A stretch of DNA of 64,000 nucleotides from Basidiobolus meristosporus CBS 931.73 (lineage: Eukaryota; Fungi; Basidiobolomycota), in NCBI GenBank assembly GCA_002104905.1, contig MCFE01000113.1, positions 1 to 64,000 on the forward strand, written 5' to 3'. The position numbers and the translations under genes were made by a program. Under the pieces are notes generated by a model. That model was not told the DNA's origin. It saw nothing but the letters and a program-made list of their open reading frames with translations, and made no database searches. Below are positions 1 to 12,802 of the stretch, in pieces. Each line of letters starts with the position of its first letter. Within the stretch, counting starts at the first letter, position 1.

Positions 1-1108
1 TCCAGCATAGCGAGCAAGGACGTGACTGTCATTGGAGAGGGCACCCATCAACCAATAAGCATACGTTTGCAGGACGGCATCCAGAAAACCGTAGAATAGG
101 TACAAGACAAACTTGCCTCCCCACCCGGGGCCGTTGATGAAATCAATATCTTTAGGATGATCTTCCCGTGTGTATTGCACCTGAAGACCAAGGCCACCGC
201 CCCAGATAATCAGGGTTAGAATAGTTACCAGGGCTAGTCCATACAAGGCGCGAGTGCGACGGTGAAGTTTGGGATTATCAAGCAACAGGCCCACCCCATA
301 GGCACCAATCATTTGAGCACCCCAGTAGAAGGCACTGTTGAAGGAGCGGGTACGGACATTGAATAGAACACCATTCACAGCACCGAACTGATATGAGTAG
401 AACCAGTTGGAAGTGACGCACAAGGGTAGGAGCAGGAGCATGTTCTTGTTCTTGAATAGCTTCAGGATCTCAATAATCTCGCCACCCTACATTCTCGAAT
501 TTGGAGACTTGCACGCGGGAGCCATCTTCACGTACCACCTTCTCGGGAGGGATTAGACCCAAGCCGAGCAGAGCGCCAATAACCATAAGGGCCATCAACA
601 CATAGTACGTAGCGGTGCTCACCTGGCCAGCTGAGGAATGGAAGTTGAGGCCAAAGGGAATGAATGAACCGAGAACAGCACCCATGTTGAAAATAATCCA
701 GAAGATTCCGACCGCGCGGCCTTTTTGGTTTTCGGAAGGATAAGACATCATGATTGTGCCTTGAGCAGTCCAGAACATGCCAGCACCAATACCTAGAATT
801 GCGCTGGCAACAATGACAAAGGTAGGCTCCTTGGTGTTGCTATAGTATACAAGAGAACCGGAGTAGAGTGCGTACGTAAGACCACCACTGACCATAGTCC
901 AACGCCCACCAAGGACATTATGGATAGCCCCGCCGAACACGCCAAATACTGAGAAGCAAGCATAAAGAGCGACATTGCCATTCTTGGTAGTGTTGTCATC
1001 CATCTGTCCCCCGGCACCTAAACTGTTGATTACATTGTACATACCAGGGCAGCAGAAACATGCAAAGCCAACTAATATGACCTGCATCATAGGAGAATTG
1101 AGCCTCAT
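1..1108 (-). CDS. UNC-93-like / DUF895 MFS membrane transporter; runs off the left edge; apparent frameshift near 478-482
   Basis: Starts MRLNSPMMQVILVGFACFCCPGMYNVINSLGAGG and has multiple TM helices. After FENVGW the reading continues in another frame as EIIEILKLFKNKNMLLLLPLCVTSNWFYSYQF...FNVRTRSFNSAFYWGAQMIGA...FYGFLDAVLQTYAYWLMGALSND, all typical of fungal UNC-93-like proteins. Confidence 0.85.
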
Positions 1109-2599
1109 TGCGTAGATGTTTTGGATGGTCAATCTTGGAACACAGGAAGGCTTATTTATATGGAGAATTGGCCACACCGTACCGGTGGTACAATGTAAAT
1201 ATAACCATTTCGGCAAAGTGCTGAGTATACCATTTGGGAAATTCTATCTGATGGATTCGCATGTGTTACGCCGAAGTACACGAGTTTATCTGACCCGGTT
1301 GGAGACGTAGGATTAACTCACAAATACTAGGAATTCAAGTTCGATACTAGTACGATTCTTATCAGGCTCTTGTGGGCCACCTGTATTTACGTTTGGCTAT
1401 AACCATATTGTTTCTTCACACTCGGCATATATGCCGACTGCTCAAATTCTCTGATTGTGGAAGCGGACAAATAAAACACAAACTAATATACACTTGCACA
1501 GGTAACTCCTATTTGCATAGTCACATTTATCCAGGTAGTAGATGCTATTGTACAATAATGGCTGTGGGGCCCAGTGGTCAATGAATAATAGGAAGGTTGT
1601 ACTTGTTGCCTGCCCCAGGATTTATGGCATTGTTTGCCTCGGATCTGGTGTGAAGTTTGGTAGTGGTATGGAAAACAGTGAATGGTTTCTTGAGTGATTA
1701 TATACTACCGAACATATGCTCTGATCATACTGGAATCACAAATAGAATCGAGAATTAATTTGATCGCCCCATGCACGGTCGATGGTGGAGCTCCAGTACT
1801 ATCATGCGCAATGACTTGAGGCTCGTTGGAAATCCTGATTCCTTCGCGGAGCTTCAATCATGAGTCTCCGAATCATCGATACGATCATCAGAAATACACT
1901 ACCAAGAGGTTTCGGTGATGAATCATGGAGTGATTAACTGGGAATCGATAGCAAAACAACCACCTTTGGCTTCCCCGATAAACTTCATCACGTAGCCTAA
2001 TAGACCAGCAGCCAACCGCCCATTGAAAGCAGCCAGAAAAGTCCAAAACCTTCTACTGACTCTCACAGTCAACAATGTAGGATAAAATAGGATTGGTGTC
2101 AGTAGTATTCTATGCTTTTTGATATCAGCTCTCAGATTTTGTTCTAGAATGTTATGGAGAAATGGATGCAGAGTGTTGGCTTCTTCAGGTCAATTTTGGC
2201 TATCTCACTCATAACTTCAATTTGCATATGAATGAAGCATGTGGAATTGAGAATTTCGATGGGTTTGGGGCTATTAGAAGAACGCATGACATTGATGCTT
2301 CTCCCTGATATTTGTTCTTGCGTGCCTCGAGCTCGACACACAAAAATTGGTGCCCATTTTGGCATCTCATCCCATAACTGCTTATAGCCGACTTTATCAT
2401 ATATAATCCTTTCATGAATTTCGTGGCAACTCATACTTACCTGGCAGGGGCAGTTCGTGATCAAGTAGGCGGACTGTTCGTTTTAGAACTTGAGCATAGC
2501 ACAGCGTCTCAGGGTCTTTGACGCGAACATCCTTAGGGGTGTCTCGACTGTTAAATTTTTGTTTGTGGGAAGTGAGCGCCATGCGCCGCCTCCTGCCTA

Positions 2600-3459
2600 T
2601 CTCTATCAAACTATAAATAATTTGCTCTGTTACCTATCACCGGGCCTATTGCTCGATTATGATACCGCGAAAGGTGGTGATGCTTACTCTTTCCATCAGG
2701 ACATTAATGATTGGCTCGGAGCCAAATGGCCAGCCAACAAGCTTATGATGGGAATGCCATTCTATGGTCGCTCACTAACTGCCACTGTTGATATGAATGC
2801 CAATCCTAGCAGCATCTGTGCTATAAGTGTGACACCAAAGGGTGACTCCTATGTCACCAATGAGCCCAACTTATTCCGCAATGAAGGAGCATTCTATACT
2901 GGCACCTAGAAATGGAAATGATACTCTCCAATCTGGCCCTACTACCCCCGTCAATGGCTGGAGTCGTTACTGGAATAACACCACACGGACCCCCTGGTTG
3001 TTCAGAGCCAATGACAAGCAATTCATTTCTTACGATGACCCTCAATCACTCAAGATCAAGGTTGATTACACCCGGCAATCTGGCCTCCGTGGTGTAATGT
3101 AATGGGACATAAGTCATGACTCCAACAATGAGCTTCTCAATATTTTTCAAGGAGTCGAGTGCACTGGCTGGGGATGCCCATTGCCTACTGCTCCATCAGA
3201 TCCCACATCCACAGTGCAACCTACCTCGACCGTCACTAGTAAGACCTCCACTATCCCATCTGTTGCCTCCAGTTCTTTTACCACTTCGGGATCGCCCAGT
3301 CCCACCTCAGGTCTTGGAAATTGCAGTGCCGCTACCGTATACAATGGAGCCCAAACGGTGGTGTACAAGAGCCACCTCTGGCAAGCCAAGTGGTGGTCCT
3401 CGAATGATACCCCTGTCAGCGATAGTCAAAATGTTGGGACCGGCCTTGGTGCTTGTTGA
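2600..3459 (+). pseudogene. 5'-truncated GH18 chitinase with Ser/Thr linker and C-terminal CBM5/12-type chitin-binding domain
   Basis: GH18 C-terminal motifs KLMMGMPFYGRS, WSRYWNNTTRTPWLF and FISYDDPQSLKIKVDY...GLRGVM*WD. In-frame TAA at 3100-3102 and a frameshift near 2880-2900. The catalytic DxxDxDxE half is absent. Ends in YNGAQTVVYKSHLWQAKWWSSNDTP. The 5' boundary is approximate. Confidence 0.85.
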
Positions 3460-4331
3460 TTAATTTGCTCTTGATTGTTCTATACATCCAGTTTACCAGT
3501 TTTGCATACCAGAATAGGCCCTCGGAACGCCGAATGTCATAATTGAACCACACCAAGACCTAAGAACGGTGAATGAAGTATAACAAGAAATTATCAGCAT
3601 GATGCGGACAAAGCAAGTGCTATTTGGAATGAGATTGGTAAGTCTAGCCATACAAAGCCCGATAACTAGTCATCATCACATTGTGACGAGAAACTGGAAG
3701 GAATTCTAGCGGCATCATATTATTTATGTATATGAAGTACATATTATAAGTCATCCTAATGATTTTATTCATGGCAATATCAGTACATCCCTTAAACGAT
3801 CATCAATGAGTAGTACCAGTACCTGCCACATTAACATCTCACAGCCTTTGCATCTTGATAGCTTGTTGAAAATAGGGAAGCAGCTTCATTGGGATACTGA
3901 CAGTATTGCTAGTAGGAAACAGTCAGAGTATATGTGCAACTGTACCATGTGTACAGTAGTAATTTTATGACATTATACTCAGTTAAAGAAGATATCATTC
4001 AGATTTGAAAATTGTAACCCTACCAATTTTGTGAATGTGTTTTAGGATGCATATGATATCATACTTGCTAGAATGTCCCAAGTGGTCGACTAAAAGCTCA
4101 GTTTAATCTTTAGCAGTTGCTAAAATAGCATAATGTGTATATTCGCATAAGCACCATCACAGCATTACTTTAGTTGAATGAGCGTTGCAAGAAAGTTAGT
4201 TAGAGCGTATGCATCTACATTCATGCCCCAAATAAATGTGAGCACTGTTTTCTAATACAATTCATTTCATAAATTATCAATAGTCAAGTCTACATTTATT
4301 CTTGAAAATATACATTGGTTCAGTTGGCTAC

Positions 4332-6839
4332 TTAGAAGATGAAATAGTTTTGAGCCATGGGCAACTCAGAGGCAGGAGGACAGATCATATGGACACCGTC
4401 AGCATACACTTCATAAGTCTCAGGATCAACCGTAATCTTGGGAGTAAGGCCATTGTGCTTCATGTCGGACTTCTTGATGCCACGGCACTTTTTAACGGCA
4501 ACTGCTTGCTTATGAAGGTTGTACTTGGCAATGACACCAGAGTCAATAGACGCTTGGCTGACAAGTGCAAGAGCGTGAACGCCTCTGCCAACGGCTCCAT
4601 ACATTTCACGGCCTACAACTGGTTGGGTAGTAGGAATGGAGGCATTAGCATCGCCAATGTTAGCCCAAGCAATCACACCACCCTTGATGATGAGTTCAGG
4701 CTTGGTACCGAAGAAAGCGGGATTGTACATGACGAGATCGGCATACTTGCCAACCTCGATAGATCCAATCACATGGGAACAACCATGGGCGATAGCAGGG
4801 TTGATGGTGTATTTGGAAACATAACGCATGGCGCGGAAGTTATCGTTGTTGGGAGTACCCTTCTCCTCGGGACCCGCCAAATGGCCACGTTGGACCTTGT
4901 TCTTGTGGGCGGTCTTCCAGGTTCTGGAGACAACCTCTCCGATACGTCCCATAGCTTGGGCATCTGAAGAGATGACAGAGATGGCACCAATATCGTGAAG
5001 GACATCTTCAGCGGCGATGGTTTCTGCACGGATTCTGGATTCAGCAAAGGCAACATCCTCAGGAATACGCTTGTCAAGATGATGGCAGACCATCAACATA
5101 TCAACGTGCTCGTCCAAGGTGTTGTTGCAGTAGGGACGGGTTGGGTTGGTGGATGATGGAAGGACTGACTCTTCACCACAGACACGGATGATATCAGGAG
5201 CGTGGCCACCACCAGCACCTTCAGAGTGATAGGTGTGGATGGTACGTTGTTTGAAAGCAGCAATTGAGGCTTCAACGTAGCCAGCTTCGTTCAAGGTATC
5301 AGTGTGAATTGTGGCTTGGACGTCGAATTCTTCGCATACGTCCAAACAGTTGTCAATGGCAGCAGGTGTGGATCCCCAGTCCTCGTGAAGCTTAAGACCA
5401 AGAACACCAGCTCTGACTTGTTCACGAAGGGCCTCGGCATCGGAGCAGTTACCCTTACCGGTGAGGCCTATGTTCATAGGTAAATTATCCGTGCTTTGAA
5501 GCATGAATTCGACGTGTTTGGCGCCAGGAGTACAAGTGGTGGCATTGGTACCAGTGTTAGGGCCAGTTCCACCTCCAATCAAGGTGGTGATACCACTGCT
5601 CAAGGCTTCTTCAATCAGCTGAGGGCAAATGAAGTGGACGTGGGTATCAATGGCACCAGCAGTGAAGATGTGTCCTTCACCAGCCAAAGCTTCGGTAGAA
5701 GCCCCAACCACCATACCAGGGGTAACATTGTCCATGACATCGGGATTACCGGCTTTACCGATACCTACAATCATGGAATCCTTGATACCAATATCAGCCT
5801 TGATGATACCAGTGTGATCCAAGATGACACAGTTGGTAATGACCAAATCGAGGCAATCCTCGTCGGAAACGGCGGTTTTTTGGCCCATACCCTCACGAAG
5901 AACCTTACCACCACCGAATTTACATTCGTCACCATACACAGTAAAATCTTTCTCGATCTCAATCATGAGGTCAGTGTCTCCAAGACGCACCTTGTCACCA
6001 ACCGTAGGCCCGAACATGTCAACATAGGTGGAGTGTTCCAGGCTGAACGGAGCTGGAGCTGGAAGAGGGGCCTGCTCGCAGTGTTGGAAATTGAGCTTTT
6101 TGCAACGTTCAATGATCTCAGGGACCTTGGAACGATCAACAGGCCCAGTGGCAATGTTGTTTCCACCAGTGATGATCTTGTCACCACCAATGTCGACCAA
6201 AGAGACAGTCTTGGATTCTCCGGGTTCGAAACGGACAGCAGTACCGGCAGCAATGTCTAAACGGCGACCGTAAGCAAGACCACGGTCGAAGCACAACTCG
6301 GCATTGGTCTCGACGAAGTGAAAGTGAGAGCCAACTTGGACGGGTCTATCCCCATTGTTGGTAACAACAAGAGCGACACGTTCTCTGTTGGGGACAAGAA
6401 CAATCTTTTCAGTACGAAGCTCCAAGGCTCCAGGGAGTGCCTTTTTATCGATGGGGGCGGCGGCAGGGAAGATGTCCATGGAGGGGATAGGCAAGAAGGA
6501 TCCGTAGAGGGCCAGCTCAAGGTTGCCATCATCAGTACAGATAGGATCGTGGATGGTAACCAAGAAAGTACCCTCGGTAAAGGTGCCTTCAATTTGTACC
6601 TCGTGAAGAGTGGCCATAACAGCAGGGAGAACCTGTCTTCTACCCAAGAACTGACGGCCAAGGTCCATGATTTCAGCAACGGAGTGTTTGCCATCTCTCA
6701 TGAATTCCAAAGCTTGGGAGGCGATGAGAGCAGTGGCTTCACTGTGATTAAGCTGGATACCTCTGGCAAGACGCATCTGAGCCAAGTATCCCACTTGGTG
6801 AAGCATGAGCTTGTCCATTTCTCTGGGCACGAGACGCAT
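4332..6839 (-). CDS. URE1: Urease, single-chain eukaryotic gamma-beta-alpha fusion, intronless (ORF open upstream to ATG 6938)
   Basis: Canonical start [11 protein letters not shown] at 6839. Ni-site motifs [49 protein letters not shown] and [14 protein letters not shown]-terminus [10 protein letters not shown]. Confidence 0.97.
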   Translation of the reverse strand: MRLVPREMDKLMLHQVGYLAQMRLARGIQLNHSEATALIASQALEFMRDGKHSVAEIMDLGRQFLGRRQVLPAVMATLHEVQIEGTFTEGTFLVTIHDPICTDDGNLELALYGSFLPIPSMDIFPAAAPIDKKALPGALELRTEKIVLVPNRERVALVVTNNGDRPVQVGSHFHFVETNAELCFDRGLAYGRRLDIAAGTAVRFEPGESKTVSLVDIGGDKIITGGNNIATGPVDRSKVPEIIERCKKLNFQHCEQAPLPAPAPFSLEHSTYVDMFGPTVGDKVRLGDTDLMIEIEKDFTVYGDECKFGGGKVLREGMGQKTAVSDEDCLDLVITNCVILDHTGIIKADIGIKDSMIVGIGKAGNPDVMDNVTPGMVVGASTEALAGEGHIFTAGAIDTHVHFICPQLIEEALSSGITTLIGGGTGPNTGTNATTCTPGAKHVEFMLQSTDNLPMNIGLTGKGNCSDAEALREQVRAGVLGLKLHEDWGSTPAAIDNCLDVCEEFDVQATIHTDTLNEAGYVEASIAAFKQRTIHTYHSEGAGGGHAPDIIRVCGEESVLPSSTNPTRPYCNNTLDEHVDMLMVCHHLDKRIPEDVAFAESRIRAETIAAEDVLHDIGAISVISSDAQAMGRIGEVVSRTWKTAHKNKVQRGHLAGPEEKGTPNNDNFRAMRYVSKYTINPAIAHGCSHVIGSIEVGKYADLVMYNPAFFGTKPELIIKGGVIAWANIGDANASIPTTQPVVGREMYGAVGRGVHALALVSQASIDSGVIAKYNLHKQAVAVKKCRGIKKSDMKHNGLTPKITVDPETYEVYADGVHMICPPASELPMAQNYFIF

Positions 6840-6922
6840 GTTGGATGAAGATCTGCTGTGGAAGGATTGAAGAGTAGTGGTGTGGAAAGGGCTTTTGAAT
6901 AACAGCCTGCTAAAACGCTTGG

Positions 6923-6930
6923 TATTTATA
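6923..6930 (-). promoter_or_regulatory. TATA-box candidate for urease
   Basis: TATAAATA on the minus strand about 85 nt upstream of ATG 6839, followed by a pyrimidine-rich leader. Confidence 0.4.
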
Positions 6931-8788
6931 GCAAGCATGCGGATTCGAAAACATCCCTATCATGATTGCCAAATGAACGTCCACGACACATCTTCACTTA
7001 TCTGTTGTCAAGCACTCTATAGAAATATACTTTTTTCGGTGCTACTTCATACGGAACTTGCCCGTTCTAAGATGGAATCAATAAGCCCAGGATGGAAATT
7101 CTTGATTCTAGATTGCAATGATGTCCATGATTATCCCAGATTGTGAAGGCAATGCGTAGGTTTCGAAATGGCTCAGTAAGTGCGGCTTTGGAGGATATTG
7201 TAGGCTGAGAAGGAAACTACAGACAGCCTAACGTGTACTACACCATGATGTATGTCATGCCGGAGTAACGTGTGCTTACTCTAGTGTCAAATGGGTCCGT
7301 GCTAGGTTGCAAGCCCTGACACTCCGATTTTGGATTGATTAGGCCCAAAGTAGATCTCGCTATGTAAACCTCCTTCTCCCTTACCAATTATGGATGCACT
7401 CCCCGGGAAATGAATTCTAAGGCCATTTTCTAGAATCATATCGAGTCTGTAAGTTGCAGGTTAAAGCCGCGCCTTCGAACCCGGCTAGTTAGCAGAGCCA
7501 TCCTGATGCATACCACAATGGGATTCGTGGGTCTTGATACCTAGCACTGAGGTAATGTACGCTTCTTGGGCTGTTTTGGTGTAGGTCTATTCTATTATGG
7601 TATCTAGACTTGACCTCAAACTGTCAGTAGGGAAATAAGTAGCGGCTCTTGATAAAGGAAGTAGGCGTCATTTTGGATTGGAGTATTCCATAGATATTTT
7701 AGACGTTATAAGAATCAAGATTGCTCCGTTGTGTACGTGGTTTGTTAACTCAGTGCGTATAAAGAACCGTTTTCATAGCTGATTAAGTCGGAAGAAGTAT
7801 TGAGTTGAAGATTAACTTAACACTAATAGCTCGCATGCTTGGTCATAGCATAATGGTGATGGAACTTGACCAAGCGGGATTAATTCATCCCAAGTCTAGC
7901 AATAGGCATCAGTATTGATAAATGCCTCTATACCGGCCCAGAATAGCTGAGTAGAAGCGAATGGGTGCTCTCTAACTTTGGACAGCCGTATATCGTGTGC
8001 TTGACAATTATATATAGAAGCTTGCAATGGGGAGGGGCGTGAAAAGCCATTGGGCTGTTGTGCTAATTATTGGTGTTTCGATATCAACAACACCACACAT
8101 TCTTCATATTCTATAGCACTTCCATTCTCCCACTAGTACTAAATTCATTTCTTCAAGCTCTACAATTCTGTCAAATTGGCAAAAATATCCTCGATGACCC
8201 CCAACTACTTAAGATTGAATGATCCAATATGTACGGTACAGTGTGGTGGCTGTTGTCAACATATATAGGCCTATTGTATTACTCCTCTGCAAATGCATAT
8301 TTCCAGTGCTGGAATATAATGGAAGTACCATGGAGACTTGAGGGCAACATGGTGAGAATCAGGTTTATTTTCAATGGATCCCATCGTATTAGATGATTTA
8401 TTATTATTATTGTGCACAGAAAATTCGGGTTGCAAAATGTATCTGGGGTCATTCCTGACACGAAATAGTCAATCTGTTGTGGAGCCTGATGGAGAACTGG
8501 TGTCAGGTTGGTGGGCTTTTGAACGCTAGTTGCTTTCCAACTCGTACTCTGAAACACGATGATTAAGAAATTCGCTCTCTTGATCATGACCAGTATTACA
8601 GTCCTTTGAGATGAGATGCAGTAGATTATGAACAAACTACGGGATATGTGCCATTCTAACACAACTATAGATGCAGGTGAAGGGTTGGCAATGGTGAAAT
8701 TACATTTCATTCTGGCTGGGTTTAGATTGCATGTAAGATTCTAGCGCATGATTATGTTCATAGCTTGATTTCTAATCCAGTGACCGAG

Positions 8789-8841
8789 TACATAATTAAT
8801 ATTTTATTAGTTAGCTACATAATTAATATTTTATTAGTTAG
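8789..8841. repeat. Two-copy 27-bp AT-rich tandem duplication
   Basis: tacataattaatattttattagttag occurs twice back to back. Confidence 0.8.
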
Positions 8842-9673
8842 TTTTATACATTCATGTGACTGTCTTTCCTAGATCATTTCAGTAAATCTTTATAATGAGC
8901 GCTATCAAATAATCCATGAACTAGCCATTTCACAGTTGCTCAGTTGATCAACAAGTATCGTGTGGCCCGATTCCATACAAGAGTTTTGATCAGACAGTGC
9001 CAATGTGGCAGTTCGGATATTCAGTCCATTCTGGCTCACTAACAAGGAGGTTATAGAAACTAACTGGCTGCTGGCTCATTTCAATTAATATCATTCTACT
9101 ACCCCTTTCGTCCGAGTTGTATCCAATTGATATTGAGCTGTGGTGTCAAGAGCCTTGGTCATCTCAACGCTCTACATACTATTACCAGATTTGCTCTTCG
9201 AGGACCATCAACTTGGAAGTCTGCGACTACTCATTGCCCGGATCAACGGTACACTCGGCGCTCTTCACTGTAAATACAACCTGGTTCGAATTCTTGGAGT
9301 CACGAAGTATGCACAGTAAAATACCCGACTACCGTGGGATACCATGTTATTGTCAAATTGGAATTTCGATGGTTTTGCGTAGAATGGAATTTCCTTTGGG
9401 AAACTCGATGACTATCGTGGTCCTAATCAGGTACTGATGGATGTACTCCTGGGGTAGAATAGTCATGGATTTCTAGTATTTCCCAACAGCCATATAATGT
9501 TAGTAATATCATGCTCTGTGTAATTCAGGATGTGGGAAATCCATCAATTAAATTTGAGCTTACCTAGTCTAATTTCATCAATGGTGTGTTCCTGGGCAAA
9601 TCACTCGGATTGTTATATTTATGCAGGTCAAGACACCTCTTAGCCTTGACTCGACTTCCTCGCTGCAAACACA

Positions 9674-11103
9674 ATGACATACCAGTCCATTATCCGGCAA
9701 GAAAGCAGCTTCAAGTACTGGTAAAGAACTTTTTTGAAACGGATTAGCTTCCCCCAGAACCTTTGCTCAAATACGATATCTAGGGCACCTGTGGCCTACA
9801 CTAGGCTTCTAATTTATACAGGTAAGTTCCCTTCGCGCGTATCAATGTTGTAATCTAGCGAATGCTACTTTGGTGATATATCTCATTTACTCATACCCTC
9901 TCCCTGAGAACAGGTGTTATGGTGACTAGAACCATGATTCGAGGAATCTTTGGTCGCTTGCCTAAAGGCCAAACGCTACATGAGGGCATCACAATTGCCT
10001 TTTTGAGACTCGTTATGGGTGGCCGCATCCTTAGCGTAATGCAAGCAAGAAAAATGCTTCTCTTGACGAATAAAATGGTCGAGGCTCGCACTGGGACCTT
10101 GTCCCAAAGCTCAAAGGACATGTGGGCCAATAAAGTGTCAGGTAAAGGTTGGGAAGGGTACTGGATCCCTTTCAAAGACCAAATTCACCACCAGGTGCCC
10201 GAAAAGAGTCAGGATCACGTAACCGATATCGGGGTCGGATGCGACGTGGTCTTTTTAGCAATCCATGGTAAGTTTGTTGGTCACATTAGGAATCTACCTA
10301 GCAGTTACTAAGAAGACAGTGACTTTCCAGGCGGCGGAATGGTCATGGGGAATGCACTTATGTTCCTACAATGCTATAAAAGCTGGATGAAGGTTATTCA
10401 GAAGAAGCATGGTCTCAAGGTTGGTTTCCTATCTGTGGAATACAGTAAGTGAAACCCCATTGACTCGCGATTTTGCTCCTTTTCTCATCCTTTGTCTACA
10501 GCCTTGTCGCCCGAAGCACCATACCCAACTGCTTTGAACGAATGCGTGGCTGCATATCAACACCTTGTTGACACCCTTGGTATTGATCCTAAACGGATCC
10601 TAATGTGTGGTGACTCTGCTGGGGGTAATCTCTGTGTTGCCGCAGCCCTTAAGATTCGCGACACCCTTCCCACCACTCCTTTACCAGCAGGCCAGATTCT
10701 CTTCTCCCCATGGATGATGTGCTCGCTTCCAGTCACAGATTCCCCCGACGACTACATCACCTCCTCAGGTGGTGGTCTGTTTGTTAAATGCTACATCCAA
10801 AACTCAGCCGAGGCGTCGACTTCCATCTACACTAGCCCACTACGAGCATCGACGCTTGATGGCTTGCCGCCTCAATTGATCTTCATTGGAGGTGTGGAGA
10901 CATTAAGACCCTCTATTGAGCGGTATGTAGCCAAGGCAAAATCCGAAGGAGTAGATGTCCGTACCGTGTTGAAGGAAGAGAAGCCGCACGACTATGCACT
11001 GATAGCGGAAGTAGGAGGCCACGAAGGAGTCCGTGAAGCGAATGAAGCCATTGCCACATTTGTACTCGAAGCGAGAGAACGCTATGTTGGCGCTCGCGAA
11101 TAA
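9674..11103 (+). CDS. HSL-family alpha/beta hydrolase (Say1/Mug180-like lipase/esterase); 5' end uncertain
   Basis: HGGG is rebuilt across an intron of about 10268-10330 (ATC CAT G|GC GGC GGA). VEYTLSPEAPYP spans intron 10445-10501. Also GDSAGG nucleophile elbow and catalytic HDY. An upstream intron at 9822-9913 is likely. The frame from ATG 9674 has an in-frame TAA at 9722. Confidence 0.85.
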
Positions 11104-11756
11104 TTTTGCTCTACACCAAAAATAATATTGGATAAATCGGATTTTACCGAGCAAATCCAGTAGCTATGGTATCCAAATGTACGTCAAGAACGTTTCAGTA
11201 GGTGTCTATACTTGCAGCTCAAAGCTGAACATAGTAATCGTATCCTCAGCCATCCATCTAGCTGAATCGTAGGTGGGAGTAACAAGATTAGCAAATAAAT
11301 CTGCTATTTTGTATATGGCAATGTGGATGGGAGTAACTGGGCAAGAACGCATAGCACAGTAGCCAAACAAGAAACGTGTATTTGCTATGCATCCATTTCG
11401 TGAATCTCCAAATTCTCCGCTGTCACTCCAGCTTGTATCAGAAAGGGGCATCAGGTTGGTTTGGGGAATTATTGAACTTCCCACATCCTCATATGCACCC
11501 CAGGGCTCCTCGTCGGATTGAGTTAGCCACAGTAATTAATCAAAAGCTGGAAAAAGGTAATTTGCCTTAATGTACACGAGCTTGATCGGAAGTCTCATCA
11601 CGCGGGCATTAACTGATGTAGCTTGTTACATCAGCTTGTGAAAGAGGAGAAGGTGCATGGATGAAGATGCTATTTAAAGGCCAAAGCGAACGAACTACTT
11701 GATCGAAGTACCTTGTACTTTGTAATCTCTTCTCCCAACTTATCGTTCTCTCAACA

Positions 11757-12802
11757 ATGGAAACTGCTAGAAGTGCATCTTCAAGAATTGAAGATTTAAT
11801 CTCTAAGACTGCTTCCCCGTTGAAACCTGTTATTCCAGTCATCGCTCGATTCCTACTTGTTGTCACCTTCTTCGAAGACTCTCTTCGCATCATCACCCAG
11901 TGGGCCGATCAGCTGACATACCTTGAAAACTATCGTGGTTTCTACCATGGCGCTAACCATGCTTTCCTTGGACTCAACGTATTTGTAAGTCAGCTCTATA
12001 TCTCATGTCCGTTGATACCCACGGCCCACTATGCCACCAAAGAATGCAGATGCATATCCCAATCAATTGGCTGCGCTGGGGGGGGGGGAAGAAGGAGAAG
12101 TGGCAAGTGGAGGGGGATGATGTTGACAACAGCAAATGTGGTATCCAACTCCAATGATGTATACGACTGTGCTAACCTCATCGCCTCGCTGTATATTTGT
12201 AGATTATGTGCGCCGGCTCAGCGATGGTGATAATGAGAAAGCGTACTGAATACGCCGTGGGCGGCTTGTTTGGCGTAGTGATCTCGCAGACCATCGGATA
12301 CGGCCTCTTCTTTGACTTCAACTTCTTCCTGCGCAATGTCAGCATTCTTGGTGGACTGCTGATGCTATTGGCAGACTCCATCAACAGCCAGAACGACAAG
12401 CGCAAAACCGTGTTCCCAGGACTCCCAACCATCAGCTATACCAACCGGAGCACCTACATCCAGCTTGCTGGGCGCATCCTCTTGATCTTCCTCTTCATGT
12501 CCTTTGTGTTCGCTGGTGAGATGACCCCCCTCAGAGTCGCCGCTTCAGCCATCGGACTTGTTGCCAGCGCCATGGTTGTCATCGGCTTCAAGGCCAAGTT
12601 CTCAGCGCTCTTCCTCGTGCTCTTCCTCTCTGTGTTTAATGTGATCATCAACAACTGGTGGACCATCCATCACAACCATCCAACCCGCGACTTTGTCATG
12701 TACGACTTCTTCCAGACCTTGAGCATCATGGGCGGTTTACTGCTGTTGGTTAACTTGGGACCAGGAGGAATATCTGTCGATGAAAAGAAAAAGAACTACT
12801 AG
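11757..12802 (+). CDS. ERV29: SURF4/Erv29 ER cargo receptor, copy A (intron 11985-12202)
   Basis: ARFLLVVTFFEDSLRI, YDFFQTLSIMGGLLLLV and the C-terminal dilysine ER-retrieval signal DEKKKNY. GTAAGT...TAG intron joins F|I in frame. Confidence 0.93.

Noticed and set aside
1900-2464. Minus-strand ORF fragments between the MFS gene and the chitinase relic, and similar ones at 8279-8710, 11206-11484 and 52411-53014
   Set aside because: They may be decayed genes or elements, but I cannot recognise any family.
4302-6848. Long plus-strand ORFs (4302-4967, 5496-6260, 6318-6848)
   Set aside because: Antisense to urease, a by-product of codon bias.
7455-7495. GGTTCGAA T-loop-like motif on the minus strand
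   Set aside because: No cloverleaf, A box or acceptor stem could be built; no tRNA was found in the window.
9100-9450. Possible Ty3/gypsy integrase relic on the minus strand (HGIPR-like segment)
   Set aside because: Similarity is too weak and broken to support without a profile search.
11985-12202. C/D snoRNA or G-quadruplex in the unusually long ERV29 intron
   Set aside because: Only ATGATGT-type near-C boxes, with no properly placed CTGA D box or terminal stem; the G-run alone is not evidence of function.
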